64,000 bases of DNA from Isurus oxyrinchus. Taxonomy: Eukaryota. Below the pieces are notes generated by a model. The model made no database searches. It saw only the letters and a list, made by a program, of their open reading frames with translations, and had not been told where the DNA came from. Below are positions 12,396-24,542 of this stretch, in pieces (position 1 is the first letter of the stretch; the number at the start of each line of letters is the position of its first letter). The stretch is taken from contig JANJGN010000023.1 of the NCBI GenBank assembly GCA_026770705.1, positions 9,424,001 through 9,488,000 of the forward strand, in the 5' to 3' direction. Position numbers and translations under genes: made by a program.

Positions 12396-12543
12396 ACACA
12401 CTAACAGGGATCGTGGACATTGATTGAGGGTAGCAACCCTGGCAGATTTCCTTATCGAGGCCATTTCTCTTGTGGCTCTTGTTAACTTCAAGGCATAATG
12501 CACTTCCCTCCCCATGCACTTGGCGTCTCACTTGTCTTCCACA

Positions 12544-12564
12544 CCCCGCCCTCTCCCTTATTAA
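12544..12564 (+). promoter_or_regulatory. Candidate core promoter of the micropeptide gene (GC box plus TATA-like element)
   Basis: CCCCGCCC at 12544-12551 and TATTAA at 12559-12564, about 75-95 nt upstream of the ATG. Confidence 0.4.
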
Positions 12565-12637
12565 TCTGAAAACGGGGTCATTATTGGGGAAGGCAGTGTA
12601 TTCACTGTCCTCCCGTCTCTCTTTCAATCTGTTCACA

Positions 12638-12715
12638 ATGCTGGATGTCTTCCTGCTGATGCTTTTTGCCATTGTGAGTTTAGTGATCCTTTCCTACATC
12701 ATCTACGTCCTGTGA
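12638..12715 (+). CDS. LASP1NB: 25-aa hydrophobic micropeptide, probable orthologue of LASP1 neighbour (LINC00672)
   Basis: ATG in ACAATGC context; [25 protein letters not shown]. Same length and ungapped match to my recollection of human LASP1NB ([25 protein letters not shown]). Same strand as, and just downstream of, LASP1. Candidate donor CAG|GTTTGT after 12811. Confidence 0.85.
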   Translation: [25 protein letters not shown]

Positions 12716-13307
12716 GACATGGCAGCAGCAGCAACCGGGGATCTGACAAACCTGGAATGCGGAGGCTGTTGGAACCGTGAGAGATGGCTGGCATTACACA
12801 TTTTCCAACAGGTTTGTGTAAAATATTGTTCAGTAATCATTTCTGCAGATTTTCAAACAGCTTACGTCAGTGCAAATAAAAATCCTGGAATTGCAAATTG
12901 CTTTAAAAAAAAAACCCTCGTCTGTTTGCAAACAAAGGAGCTTTAAATGCAAAGAAAAATCCTACGATTTTTGTCCCTTTTTTTGAGTTGGGTTTTATTT
13001 CGGGCAACAGATTTTGTCCTAAAGATCTAATTGGGAACAATGATGTCACCGGCTTTCATTTGTCTTTATTTCGTTCTTGTTTGGACAAATACCAATTTAA
13101 CCCGGAAATGGGGATTGACAGCTGGGAGAGCTAATTAAAGAATGGAGCTGACAACATTCACCCAATAAGCAGAAGCGAGATCTTCAATTCTGGTCCAATC
13201 TGCGGGATCTTATAGCTGAGGATTTGCCTCTTGAGTCTTAAAGGTGTAGGCACGTCCCCATCAGTGCAGAGAGCGATGCCAATTTGGAAACGTCTCGTTT
13301 TGTGATT

Positions 13308-13525
13308 AAAATAAAAACTGAAGAGGCTGGAAAAGCTCAGCAGGTCTGGCAGTATCTGTGGAGAGAGAAACAGAGTTAACGTGTATGACCCTTCTTCATA
13401 TGGACTCGAAACGTTAACTGTCTTTCTCACTGCACTTGCTGTGAGACCTGCTGAGTATTTCCATTTCTCTCTATTTTTATTTCAGATTTCCAGCGTCCGC
13501 CATACGTAGTTTGCTTTTATTTCAA
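13308..13525. mobile_element. Older Penelope-derived foldback
   Basis: gctcagcaggtctggcag arm inverted relative to the gacctgctgagtatttcc arm; centre contains ggactcgaaacgttaac. Confidence 0.65.
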
Positions 13526-14004
13526 CCTAGTCTATAACCTCCTCACTTACATTCATGACCTCCTTCCCCAGCCATGGACTCTGTCTTGTTCTAGAAAGTA
13601 TCTGGTGTATTTTTCTGTCTCATGTGCTTCTTCAGCTTTTGTACAGATGATACCATGATACCCCCCCACCCCCACCCCCACTCCCACTCTGCTGAGTCAA
13701 TCACTTCCCCCTTACCCTCTCAGTCAGCTGCTTTACTTCAGTGTCAGCTGCGGCTTGCCTCTGTCCAGAATGTTGTGCGTTCGAATCTCACTCCAGAGAC
13801 CTAAGAAGCCAAGCTTTTGGTCAGCTGCCCTAATATCTCCTTGTGAGGCTTGGTGTCAGATTTTGTTTGATAATGCTCCTGTGAAGTGCCTTGGGATGTT
13901 TGCTACATTAAATGTGCTATATAGTAGCACATTGTTTTTGATGGTGGCTGCACACACAATGTCTTGGTCCACCACCTTGGCACAATGATAAATATGGACT
14001 ATAA

Positions 14005-14339
14005 ATATTTTTTCTTTATTCTTTCACGGAATGTGGGCATCACTGGCAAAGCCAGCATTTGTTGCCCATCCCTAATTGCCCTTGAACTGCACATTTCAGA
14101 GGGCAGTTACGAGTCGACCACATTGCTGTGGGTCTGAAGTCAATTGTCGGCCAGACTTCCTTCCCTAAAGGACATTAGTGAACAAGATGGGTTTTCACAA
14201 CAATCAACGATAGGCTCATGGTCACCATTACTGAGACTAGATTTTTAATTCCAGATTTATGCAATGGTGGAATTTGAATCCATGTCCCCAGGGCATTAGC
14301 CTGGGCCTCCAGTTTCATTATCTAGTGACATTGTGCCAC
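14005..14339 (-). mobile_element. tRNA-derived SINE with LINE-like tail, split by the LTR element (remainder ~30574-30586)
   Basis: Same family as 18148-18478 and 33070-33345. Its head end (...gccac|catctcccc) resumes after the distal LTR. Confidence 0.7.
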
Positions 14340-15410
14340 TGTTACCGACAGGAGGATGTTTAGTTTAATCAGCCCTAATTCCTCCTCTCACCACCCATTC
14401 GCAACAGGTGTTTTGATTTTGATTTCTCCCTTTACAAGTGGTGGCATATTTCCCAACCCCTCAGTTTTTGTGTGATCCAATTTTTATTAATAATTGCACA
14501 GCATACTCCAGGCAGGGTTATCTCAGAGAGTTCGTTTATTCTCACACACTCAAAACACAGGTGGGATGTGTCGCTATGTAGCCCCCTGTGCATTCATACA
14601 ATAAAAGAGGGGTAGAGAAATAAAGATTTACAGTGCAAAAACCACCAAGGAAAGAATTACTGTTTCATGTGAGTCCAGAGTCCAGAATTGAAGTCCAATG
14701 GTGTATTCCTTCACTGAGATTGGCAGGTTGAAGACTGATTCTGGATAATTCACTTTCTCAGAAGAGATGAGTTCCACGATGGGATAGGCAGTTAGACATG
14801 AATTAGTCTTGTGGACGATGGTGTAGATGTTCGGAAGTGTAGATAGGAGCAGGCATTCAAACCTGGACAGAGCCCTTTTTCTAAGATGCTGCCTCCTAGA
14901 TGGATGACGGCAGACTGAGCTTTGCAGATCCACAAGGCAATATTACAGGTTCTTCCAGCTAGAGGGGAGGGGGGAGGGAGTCATGTCACATGACTTCTAC
15001 CTCTCCACTTTGGTTTTGAGAAGGGTGTATATTCCTTTTTCTGGGCTCCTGATATTGTTAATGTTCCAACCATTAATAATTACAAAGGAAGGTTATAGGG
15101 CTTTTTGTCCTAGCAGATTAATAGACCCCAGTGGCCAGGCCTGACTTATGAAATGTAGATGACCTTTGTACAATTCCTGTTGAATTTAGTCTCTGCAGTT
15201 CACAGTCGTTAGTGTTTCTTCAGAGATAATGAGATGCAAATTCCTTTGATACTACTAGATTAGCTCCTATTGTTCGAAGGTCACAGCCAAGCATGGCTTC
15301 AATCATTTTAGAAAGGTCTTTGACCAGTTATAATATTATCAGAAGTAGCCATGATGCTATATATATATATATTTCATAAAAATATAGTGTGAGGCCTTAG
15401 CTCCATTACA
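14340..15410 (-). repeat. 3' LTR of the Gypsy element
   Basis: Colinear similarity to 29483-30573 over its full length. Confidence 0.88.
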
Positions 15411-15889
15411 TCTTTCACGGCCTTGGAAAAAAACAAATTAATTCTATTTCTTTTTTTCATGTAGTCTTTTGAAGGAAGAATAGGAAGTGAAGAAGTATAG
15501 GTGCATTCTCTCATTCATACTGGCACATCGGACACACAGCCAGTAGGGGCATTGGCTGCTCCCTGCTGCATTTTCTTTTTGATCTTTAAACCTGGGTCAG
15601 TGCATCAGCAAGAACATTGTCCGGTCCTGGGATGTGGAAGTTTCAGGTGACTTGGGATCTTTCAAAATTCATCTTTATGGGGAAGCCTATTCAGGGCTAG
15701 AGTAGTGAATTTTCTCTGTTGGGGACCAGGCATAGACAAAGCCATCGGTTTCAGAACTCTGCCTGTCCAACTCCTGATTAAATGTCTTCAAAAGGGCCTG
15801 GGAATTTTACAGGGTGATTAGCACTCAGGGGACGAGTGATGGTCAAGCTGCTCTGGGTGATCCACAGGGGAGTGCAGGGCATCTCCCCT

Positions 15890-16835
15890 AACATTCATGC
15901 CACACAAGTGCCAGGCAATGACCATCTCCAAGAAGAGAGAATCTAACCATTGCCCCTTGATGTTCAGTGGCATTACCATTGCTAAATCCCCCACCATCAA
16001 CATCCTGGGGGTTACCATTGACCAGAAACTGAGCTGGACTAGCCATATAAATAAAAGCAAAGAACTGCGGATGCTGGAAATCCAAAACAAAAACCAAAAC
16101 AAAAATACCTGGAAAAGCTCAGCAGGTCTGGCAGCATCGATGGAGAGGAATTCTGTTGAAGGGTCATGAGGACTCGAAACGACTCCTCTCCATCAATGCT
16201 GCCAGACCTGCTGAGTTTTTCCAGCTATTTTTGTTTTTGTTTTTATGTAGCCATACAAATACTGTGGCTACAAGAGCAGGTCAAAGGCTAGGAATCCTGT
16301 GGTGAGTAACTCACCTCCTGATTCCCCAAAGTCTGTCCACCGTCTACAAGGCACAAGTCAGGAGTGTGATGGATTTCTCCCCACTTGCCTGTAATAGTGC
16401 AGCTCCAACAACACTCAAGAAGCTTGACACCATCCAGAACAAAGCAGCCCCGCTTGATTGGTACCACATCCACAAACATTCACTCCCTCCATCACTAATG
16501 CACAGTAGCAGCAGTGTGTACCATCTACAAGATGCACTGCAGGAATTCACCAAGGGTCCTTCGACAGCACCTTCCAAACCCATGACCACGACAAGGGCAG
16601 CAGACACTTGGGAACACCACCAGCTAGAAGTTCCCCTCCAAGTCCTTCAGCATCCTTACTTGGAAATATATCGCCGTTCCTTCACTGTCAGTGGGTCAAA
16701 ATCCTAGAACACCCCTCCTAACAGCACGGTGGGTGTACCTACACCATGTGGACTGCAGCAGTTCAAGAAGGCAGCTCAACACCACCTTCTCAAGGGCAAC
16801 TAGGGATGGGCAATAAATGCTGTGAATGAATAAAA
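15890..16835 (+). mobile_element. LINE ORF2 3' fragment, interrupted by a Penelope foldback at ~16055-16246
   Basis: Translates INILGVTIDQKLSWTSHIN and TLKKLDTIQNKAA. The foldback is flanked by TSD tagccata(t/c)aaata. Confidence 0.75.
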
Positions 16836-18013
16836 GAACCTCACTCAGTGAGTGCCAGATTTTTTGATCGGAGGGCTGAATGGCTGTTGTCCAGCTTAGC
16901 TCCTCCCTCTCCACCTTGGTAACATGTAGGTTCATTTGTTCACACCCAGGGACTGTGGTTATGTTGATTGTCAGGAGATTGGGGCGTTTTGAAGGGGCTT
17001 GAAGGGATTCTGGCTCAGTGTCCGGTTCAGGTGCTAGCACAACTGGGGTGTTCCAGCTTCTGCTGCCTGGTGCTGTGGGTTGGCACAGCAACAGGTGGGC
17101 AGTTGGCTCCTGAAGGTGGACTAGCCTTTCTGGGCCCTGATAATAGGGAGTTGGCCTGCTGGCAGGGGCCCCTCCCACATCCTTACCAGGTAGGGCTGCA
17201 GTGCTGTAGCCTGTGGGATGTCATGGATCATTTTAAATATGGTGGTAACCCTGTTAGTCACCTTGCGATTCTGTATTAAGGTGGGCGAGCATGGGGTCCA
17301 ATCTAGTTGGTCAGTTGGGTCAGTGCCTTTTTGGACACTACTGCCTTCTGGTGGTTTTCAGCTAAGTGAGTCATCACCTCAATCTTTCTGGGTCAATTTG
17401 GGAAATATCCTGGTTCACATTTAAATTTGCCATAAAGCTGTCAGCTAAACCAATCATTGGCTTCCTCTTCTGGGCCTTTGCCTTTGGAGAGGGCACTCTC
17501 CTAACTGGTCCCATGTCCCCTGGATCACCTCTGCCCTCAAGTGGAGGTACGGCTCCAGCCACACTCCCTTGTGGCTTTTCAGCTGAGGGAGGCATCTCAC
17601 TCGCTATCTGCTTGCTTGTTTGGATGCTCCCTTTGTCCATAATTATTGCTGGAAAGAAGGTTTCTGCTAGCCATTCTTCAGGCAAGTCCTTAACCTTTTC
17701 CTATCGGGCTTAATAACCCGTGTTCCTTCAGGCTCTTTGGCCATGTGGGGCATCTCATTCATTATTTCTTTCCCTGCTCTGGGACTTCTCTGCTTCCTAT
17801 TTAATCCTGAGATACCCTGTTTTAGATTCTCGTGGCCTTACCTGGACCTCTTTTAACTTTACCGGCTGGGTTTCAGCCTTGGTACATTCAGGCAGCCTTC
17901 ACTCAATATTTACGGGCGCAATTTCACCCTTTTTGTGCCTCTGGGACCTTCCTCAGCTTTCTGCTCGCCTGCAGGTTTCTGCTGGTTGGTGTTGGCCTCT
18001 TTTCTTTAGCTGG

Positions 18014-19068
18014 CTAATTCTTGCTGCCAGCCAAATTGTCCCCAAGGAGGAAAGCGGTTCCCACTACTGGTAGCTCAGGGACAATTCCCACTGTGACAGG
18101 GCCTGAAACAAGGTTGCACTCTAGATGGACCTGATGGAGGGGGTGCATTCTCTGGGGACATGGGTTCAAATCCCACCACGGCAGCTGGTGGAATTTAAAT
18201 TCGGTACATAAAACCTGGAATTGAAAGCTAATCTCAGTGATGGCGACCATGAAGCTTTCATCGATTGTCATTAAAAAAACCCACCTGGTTCACTAATTTC
18301 CTTCAGGGGAGGAAACCTAGCATCCTTACCTGGTCTGGTCTGCATGTGACACCAGACCCACAACAATGTGGTTGGCTCTTAACTGTCCTCTGTAGTGGCC
18401 GAGCAAGCCATTCGACTCAAGGGCAAGTTGGGATGGGCAACAAATGCTGGCCTTGCCATGAAAGAATGAAAAAAAACACAGATCTTCCTTCTACTCCACT
18501 GATCAGTACTTTGGCTTTCAGTGCACTGCCTGCTCTGCTGCACTACCCCACTGGGGCGTCCTTCGGGGGAACTACTCATATGGAGCCCTATTGGACCAAC
18601 AGGCCTCCCATGCAATCTCCAGCACTCAGGTCTGGAAAGGCCTATTTTATTGCCACACCGGTCTTGGAGGGTGGGATTCTCCTTTTGGGCTGCAAGGGGA
18701 GATTCTCACACCCTCTTTTGTGGTTTCTTTTCCTGGTTGGGTGGGGGGGGGGCCTCTCCTAACTAAATCACCCTACTTATCTTTCCAATGCTCACGGGAA
18801 TGGTTTGGGAAGGGTCTGCCTGAGTTTTCAGGCTTATAGCTGAGATCATAGCTGCCTGCTGTGACAGCTGCATCCCTCGCTGTGGGGTTTCTCTGCCCCT
18901 CTAGGTGTATTCGCAGGTTGGAGGGGAAGCAATTTTTGAATTTCTCCAACAATACCAACTCATGCAACCCCTCATAGGTGCATGGGATTCTTAGGGACCT
19001 TACTCATCGGTCAAATGCGATTTGTTTCAGCCTCGTTCAAACTCGATGTAGGTTTGTGTGGGCCTCTT
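18014..19068 (-). pseudogene. Gypsy gag C-terminal capsid and protease-adjacent fragments (SINE inserted at 18148-18478)
   Basis: KRPTQTYIEFER, ELVLLEKFKNCFPSNLRIHLEG...ARDAAVTAGSYDL and HLECNLVSGPVTVGIVPELPVVGTAFLLGDNLAG resemble Gmr1-like Gypsy polyproteins; stops and frameshifts present. Confidence 0.75.
18148..18478 (+). mobile_element. tRNA-derived SINE with LINE-like tail
   Basis: B box GGGTTCAAATCCC; tail gggatgggcaacaaatgctggcc plus A-rich end. Confidence 0.75.
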
Positions 19069-21334
19069 ACAAGTGCACCTAGGACTGAGTGCGTGCAGTT
19101 GTTGGGCTCAATGAAGTATACTTTGAGCGAGAGGTGAGCAGGAGAGGATAAAAGGTGTGGATCGAGAGGCCTACCCGCAGTGAGACCAGCGGTGGAGTGA
19201 CGTCACTAACCACAATGTGATGCAGGGAAAGCAGCTAATTGGTGAGTAGGATTGATGAGGTCTCTAACCTTTTTTTTCTCTCTTCTTAGAAATAATTTCT
19301 TAAGTATGAGATCGATACTGGCGTAAAAAAAATTAATTGCAATAAAGTGTAAAGAGCGGGGGATTCTTCAAGTGTAAAGTGGAAGGAAACCAGAGTAATT
19401 AATTAATAAATTTAATTAAAAATGATAGTGATGGCAGGATGGGTGATGTGTTGCTGCTGCAGCATGTGGGCACTGCTGGACCCCAAAGTGATCCAGAACG
19501 AACACATCTGTAGCAAGTGTTTGCCGCTCTGGGAACTTCAGATCTGAGTTGAAGAGCTGGAGTCTGAGCTGCAGACATTGCGCCACATCAGGGAGGGGGA
19601 AAGTTACCTGGACACTTTGCTGCAGGAGGCGATCACATCCTTCAGATTAAGTAATTCAAATTTGGTTTGTGATGAGGGACAGGAGGGTGTGACTGCAGGT
19701 GAGGCAGGTATGGGGACCTAGAGGTAGCATTCGAGGATCCTCGGACCCTGCACCTGTCCAACAGTTACAAGGTTCTTGCAAGCTGTGTGAACAAGAGTGG
19801 GGACTGCAGGGAGAATGAGTGAACTGACCACGGCACAGTTGTACAGGGAGCCATACAAGTTGGGGGAGGAAATTAGTTTGTAGTAATGATAGGGGTCAGT
19901 ACAATTAGGGGGATAGATACTGTTCTCTGCTGCCGTGAGTGTGAGTCCCAAAGGCTGTGTTGCCTGCCCGGTGCCAGGGTTAAGGACATCCCCTTAGGGC
20001 TGGAGAGGAACTTGGAGTGGGAGCGGAGAGATCCAGTTGTCGTCGTCCACGTTGGTACCAATGACATTAATAGGACTAGAAAGGAGGTTCTGCTGAAAGA
20101 ATTTGAACAGTTAGGAGCTAAATTAAAAAGCAGAACCTCCAAGGTAATAATCTCGGGATTACTACCTGAGCCACGGGCAAACTGGTATAGGGTAAATAAA
20201 GTCAAGGAGTTAAAAGCGTGGCTCAAAGATTGGTGTGGGAGGAATGGGCTTCAGTTCATGCCACCACCAAACACATCTTCCCTTCACCCCCCGGCGGCAT
20301 TCCGTAGGGATTGTTCCCTCCGGCATACCCTGGTCCACTCCTCCATCACCCCCTACTCCTCAATCCCCTCCTATGGCACCACCCCATGCCCACGCAAAAG
20401 ATGTAACACCTACCCCTTCTCTTCCTCTCTCCTCACCGTCCAAGGGCCCAAACAGTCCTTTCAAGTGAAGCAGCATTTCACTTGCATTTCCCCCAACTTA
20501 GTCTACTGTATTCGTTGCTCCCAATGCGGTCTCCTCTACATTGGAAAGACCAAACGTAAACTGGGCGACCACTTTGCAGAACACCTGCGGTCTGTCTGCA
20601 AGAATGACCCAAACCTCCCTGTCGCTTGCCATTTTAACACTCCACCCTGCTCTCTTGCCCACATGTCTGTCCTTGGCTTGCTGCATTGTTCCACTGAAGC
20701 CCAACGCAATGTAGAGGAACAACACCTCATCTTCCGACTAGGCACTTTACAGCCTTCCGGACTGAATATTGAATTCAACAATTTTTGGTCTTGAGCTCCC
20801 TCCTCCATCCCCACCCCCTTTCTGTTTCTTCCCCCTTCCTTTTGTTTTTTCCAATAATTTATATAGATTTTTCTTTTCCCACCTATTTCCATTATTTTAA
20901 AATATTTTTAAATCTTTTATGCCCCCCCACCCCCACTAGAGCTATACCTTGAGTGCCCTACCATCCATTCTTAATTAGCACATTCGTTTAGATAATATCA
21001 CCAACTTCAACACCTCTGTGTTCTTTTGTTCTTTTGTCTGTGACATCTTTTGATGATCTGCTTCTATCACTGCTTGCTTGTCCCTCCACTTCTCTCCTCC
21101 CACCCCCACCCCCCACATACCTTAAAGCAACTTATATTTCACCCCTTTCCTTGGATTCACCTAGTTCTGTCGAAGGGTCATGAGGACTCGAAACATCAAC
21201 TCTTTTCTTCTCCGCCGATGCTGCCAGACCTGCTGAGTTTTCCCAGGTAATTCTGTTTTTGTTTTGGATTTCCAGCATCCGCAGTTTGTTGTTTTTATCT
21301 CTGTGTTTAATTGACTGCCACTGCTCTTCAAGAA

Positions 21335-24090
21335 ATGCCTACCTCCTTGAAAAAGTTCTGTTCTTTTCTGCAACAAGATTTCCGTATCTCTCTGTTGCCT
21401 TGTTCACCTTCTTTGCTTTCCATTTCTCTCCTGGTGTTTGACAAGGTGTTTACTAAAACCTGCTTTCACAGCCATATTTCCTTTCTCAGTGACTGTCTCC
21501 GTCTCCAACTTACCCCACCTGGATTTCAACTGAAATTCCACCCCTCATGTTTTGAACACACCCAGGATTACCGGTATCTCCGGGACATAAAACGTTTCTT
21601 GGACTGCTGTTCCTGTCACATTCTGAGATCCACACTCAGTGCCATGCGTCGCCATATGAACACACTAGGCCTCTCCCTCCAGCAGCACCGCCGTACCCTT
21701 TTTCAAAGCTGCGCGTGCCCCCAGTTTCATTTTATTCTTTGTCTCATCCGACGCCTCAACAAGAAAATTTTTCTCTTTCTCTCAAGTGCTAAGGAACGCA
21801 AGCTCCAACAACTCATCGACACCAACACCCATCTAGGACCCTCCACCCCAGCCTGTCCCTCCGTCCCCACCCCATCTTCCAATCCCAGCCCCAGCCGTGT
21901 ATTCACTATACCCCCTGACCTTCCCCTCTCCGATGCTGAACGTTCAGTGCTCAGCAAAGGACTTAGTTTCATACCCTTACGCCCTCACCTCAATGAATTT
22001 CGGGCTCGGCATGATACTGAACTCTTCTTCCGCCGTCTTCGTCTCCGTGCTCACTTCTTTGGGCAGGACTCCTCTCCCCATTCAACGGATCCTTTTACCC
22101 ATCTCCAATATTCTCCCTCCACTGGACCCCTCCCTCTGGATTCTTACCTTCTCTTGATCTTTTCATTGAGAACTGTCGGCGCGACATTAGTCGTCTCAAT
22201 TTCTCTGCTCCTCTCACCCATTCTAATCTCTCTCTCTCTGAACTTACTGCACTCCGTTCTCCCAGGTCCAACCCTAACATTGTCATCAAACCCGCTGACA
22301 AGGGTGGTGCTGTTGTTGTCTGGCGCACTGACCTCTACCTCGCGGAGGCTGAGCGTCAACTCGCAGACACTTCCTCCTGCCTCTCCTTGGACCATGACCC
22401 TACCACTGAACATCAAGCCATTGTTTCCAGGACTGTCACTGACCTCATCTCCTCTGGGGATCTTCCTCCCACAGCTTCCAACCTGATAGTCGCCCAACCT
22501 CGGACGGCCCGCTTCTACCTCCTACCCAAAATCCACAAACAGGACTGTCCCGGTAGACCGATCGTCTCAGCTTGCTCCTGCCCCACAGAACTCATTTCTC
22601 GTTATCTTGACTCCGTTCTCTCTCCCCTTGTCCAGTCCCTTCCCACCTACATCCGTGATTCCTCTGACACCTTACGTCACATCAACAATTTCCAGTTCCC
22701 TGGCCCCAACTGCTTCCTCTTCACCATGGACGTCCAATCCCTCTACACCTCCATCCCCCACCAGGATGGTCTGAGGGCCCTTAGCTTCTTCCTCGAACAG
22801 AGGCCCGAACAATCCCCATCCACCACTACTCTCCTCCGACTGGCTGAACTTATTCTCACACTGAACAATTTCTCCTTCAACTCCTCTCACTTCCTCCAAA
22901 TAAAAGGTGTGGCTATGGGTACCCGCATGGGCCCCAGCTATGCCTGTCTCTTTATGGGGTATGTGGAACATTCCTTGTTCCAGTCCTACTCCGGCCCCCT
23001 TCCACAACTCTTTCTCCGGTACATCGATGATTACTTCGGTGCCGCTTCATGCTCTCGTCAGGACTTGGGAAAAATTTATTAATTTTACTTCCAATCTCCA
23101 CCTCTCCATCATTCTCACATGGTCCATCTCTGACACTTCCCTTCCCTTCCTTGATCTCTCTGTATCAATCTCTGGTGATAGACTGTCCACCAATATCTAT
23201 TACAAGCCTACTGACTCCCACAGCTACCTCAACTACAGCTCCTCACACCCCGCTTCCTGTAAGGACTCCATCTCATTCTCTCAGTTCCTTCGCCTCCGTC
23301 GCATATGTTCCGATGATGCTACCTTCAAAAACAGTTCCTCTGACATGTCCTCCTTCTTCCTTAACCGAGGTTTTCCACCCACGGTCGTGGACAGGGCCCT
23401 CAACCGTGTCCGGCCCATCTCCCGCGCATCTGCCCTCACGCCTTCTCCTCCCTCCCAGAAACCTGATAGGGTCCCCCTTGTCCTCACTTATCACCCCACC
23501 AGCCTCCGCATTCAAAGGATCATCCTCCGCCAACTCCAGCATGATGCCACCATCAAACACATCTTCCCTTCACCATCCCCCCCCCCCAATTGGCATTCCG
23601 TAGGGATCGTTCCCTCCGGGATACCCTGATCCACTCCTCCATCACCCCCTACTCCTCAATCCCCTCCTATGGCACCTCCCCATGCCCATGCAAAAGACGT
23701 AACACCTGCCCCTTCACTTCCTCTCTCCTCACTGTCCAAGGGCCCACACACTCCTTTCAAGTGAAGCAGCATTTCACTTGCATTTCCCCCAACTTAGTCT
23801 ACTGTATTTGTTGCTCCCAATGTGGTCTCCTCTACATTGGGAAGACCAAACGTAAACTGGGCGACCACTTTGCAGAACACCTGCTGTCTGTCCACAAGAA
23901 TGACCCAAACCTCCCTGTCGCTTGCCATTTTAACACTCCACCCTGCTCTCTTGCCCACATGTCTGTCCTTGGCCTGCTGCATTGTTCCAGTGAAGCCCAA
24001 CGCAAACTGGAGGAACAACACCTCATCTTCCGACTAGGCACTTTACAGCCTTCCGGACTGAATATTGAATTCAACAACTTTAGGTCGTGA
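21335..24090 (+). pseudogene. Penelope RT plus GIY-YIG endonuclease ORF, frameshifted (~22125, ~23068, ~23590)
   Basis: VIKPADKGGAVV, FYLLPKIHK, MDVQSLYTSIP, GVAMGTRMGP, LRYIDD (RT); NLVYCICCSQCGLLYIGKT (GIY-YIG). Confidence 0.92.
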
Positions 24091-24503
24091 GCTCCCTCCT
24101 CCATCCCCACCCCCTTTCTGTTTCCCCCTTCCTTTTGTTTTTTCCAATAAATTATATAGATTTTTCTTTTCCCACCTATTTCCATTATTTTTAAATCTTT
24201 TTAAATCTTTTATGCTCCCCCCACCCCCACTAGAGCTATATCTTGAGTGCCCTACCATCCATTCTTAATTAGCACATTCGTTTAGATAATATCACCAACT
24301 TTAACACCTATGTGTTCTTTTGTCTGTGACATCTTTTGATGATCTGCTTCTATCACTGCTTGCTTGTCCCTACAACCACACCACCGCCCTCCACTTCTCT
24401 ACCCCCACCCAAACCGCTCCGCCCCCCACCACCACCCCCACCCCCCACCCCCCACCTCCCACCTTAAACCAGCTTATATTTCACCCCTTCCTTGGATTCA
24501 CCT

Positions 24504-24542
24504 AGTTCTGTTGAAGGGTCATGAGGACTCGAAACGTCAACT
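24504..24542 (+). ncRNA. Minimal type-I hammerhead-ribozyme-like motif (variant core) in the Penelope terminus
   Basis: AGTT-CTGTTGA-A-GGGTC-ATGAG-GACTC-GAAACGTC-AACT: stem I AGTT/AACT, stem II GGGTC/GACTC, GAAA, palindromic ACGT. Penelope-like elements are known carriers of minimal hammerheads. Confidence 0.55.

Noticed and set aside
12470-12637. N-terminal extension of the micropeptide ORF (81-aa call)
   Set aside because: Non-ATG start that spans the putative promoter; similarity to LASP1NB begins at ATG 12638.
14628-14933. Similar ORFs at 14628-14933 and 29838-30104 as paralogous genes
   Set aside because: Both lie within the two LTRs; similarity reflects LTR homology and starts/frames are not jointly conserved.
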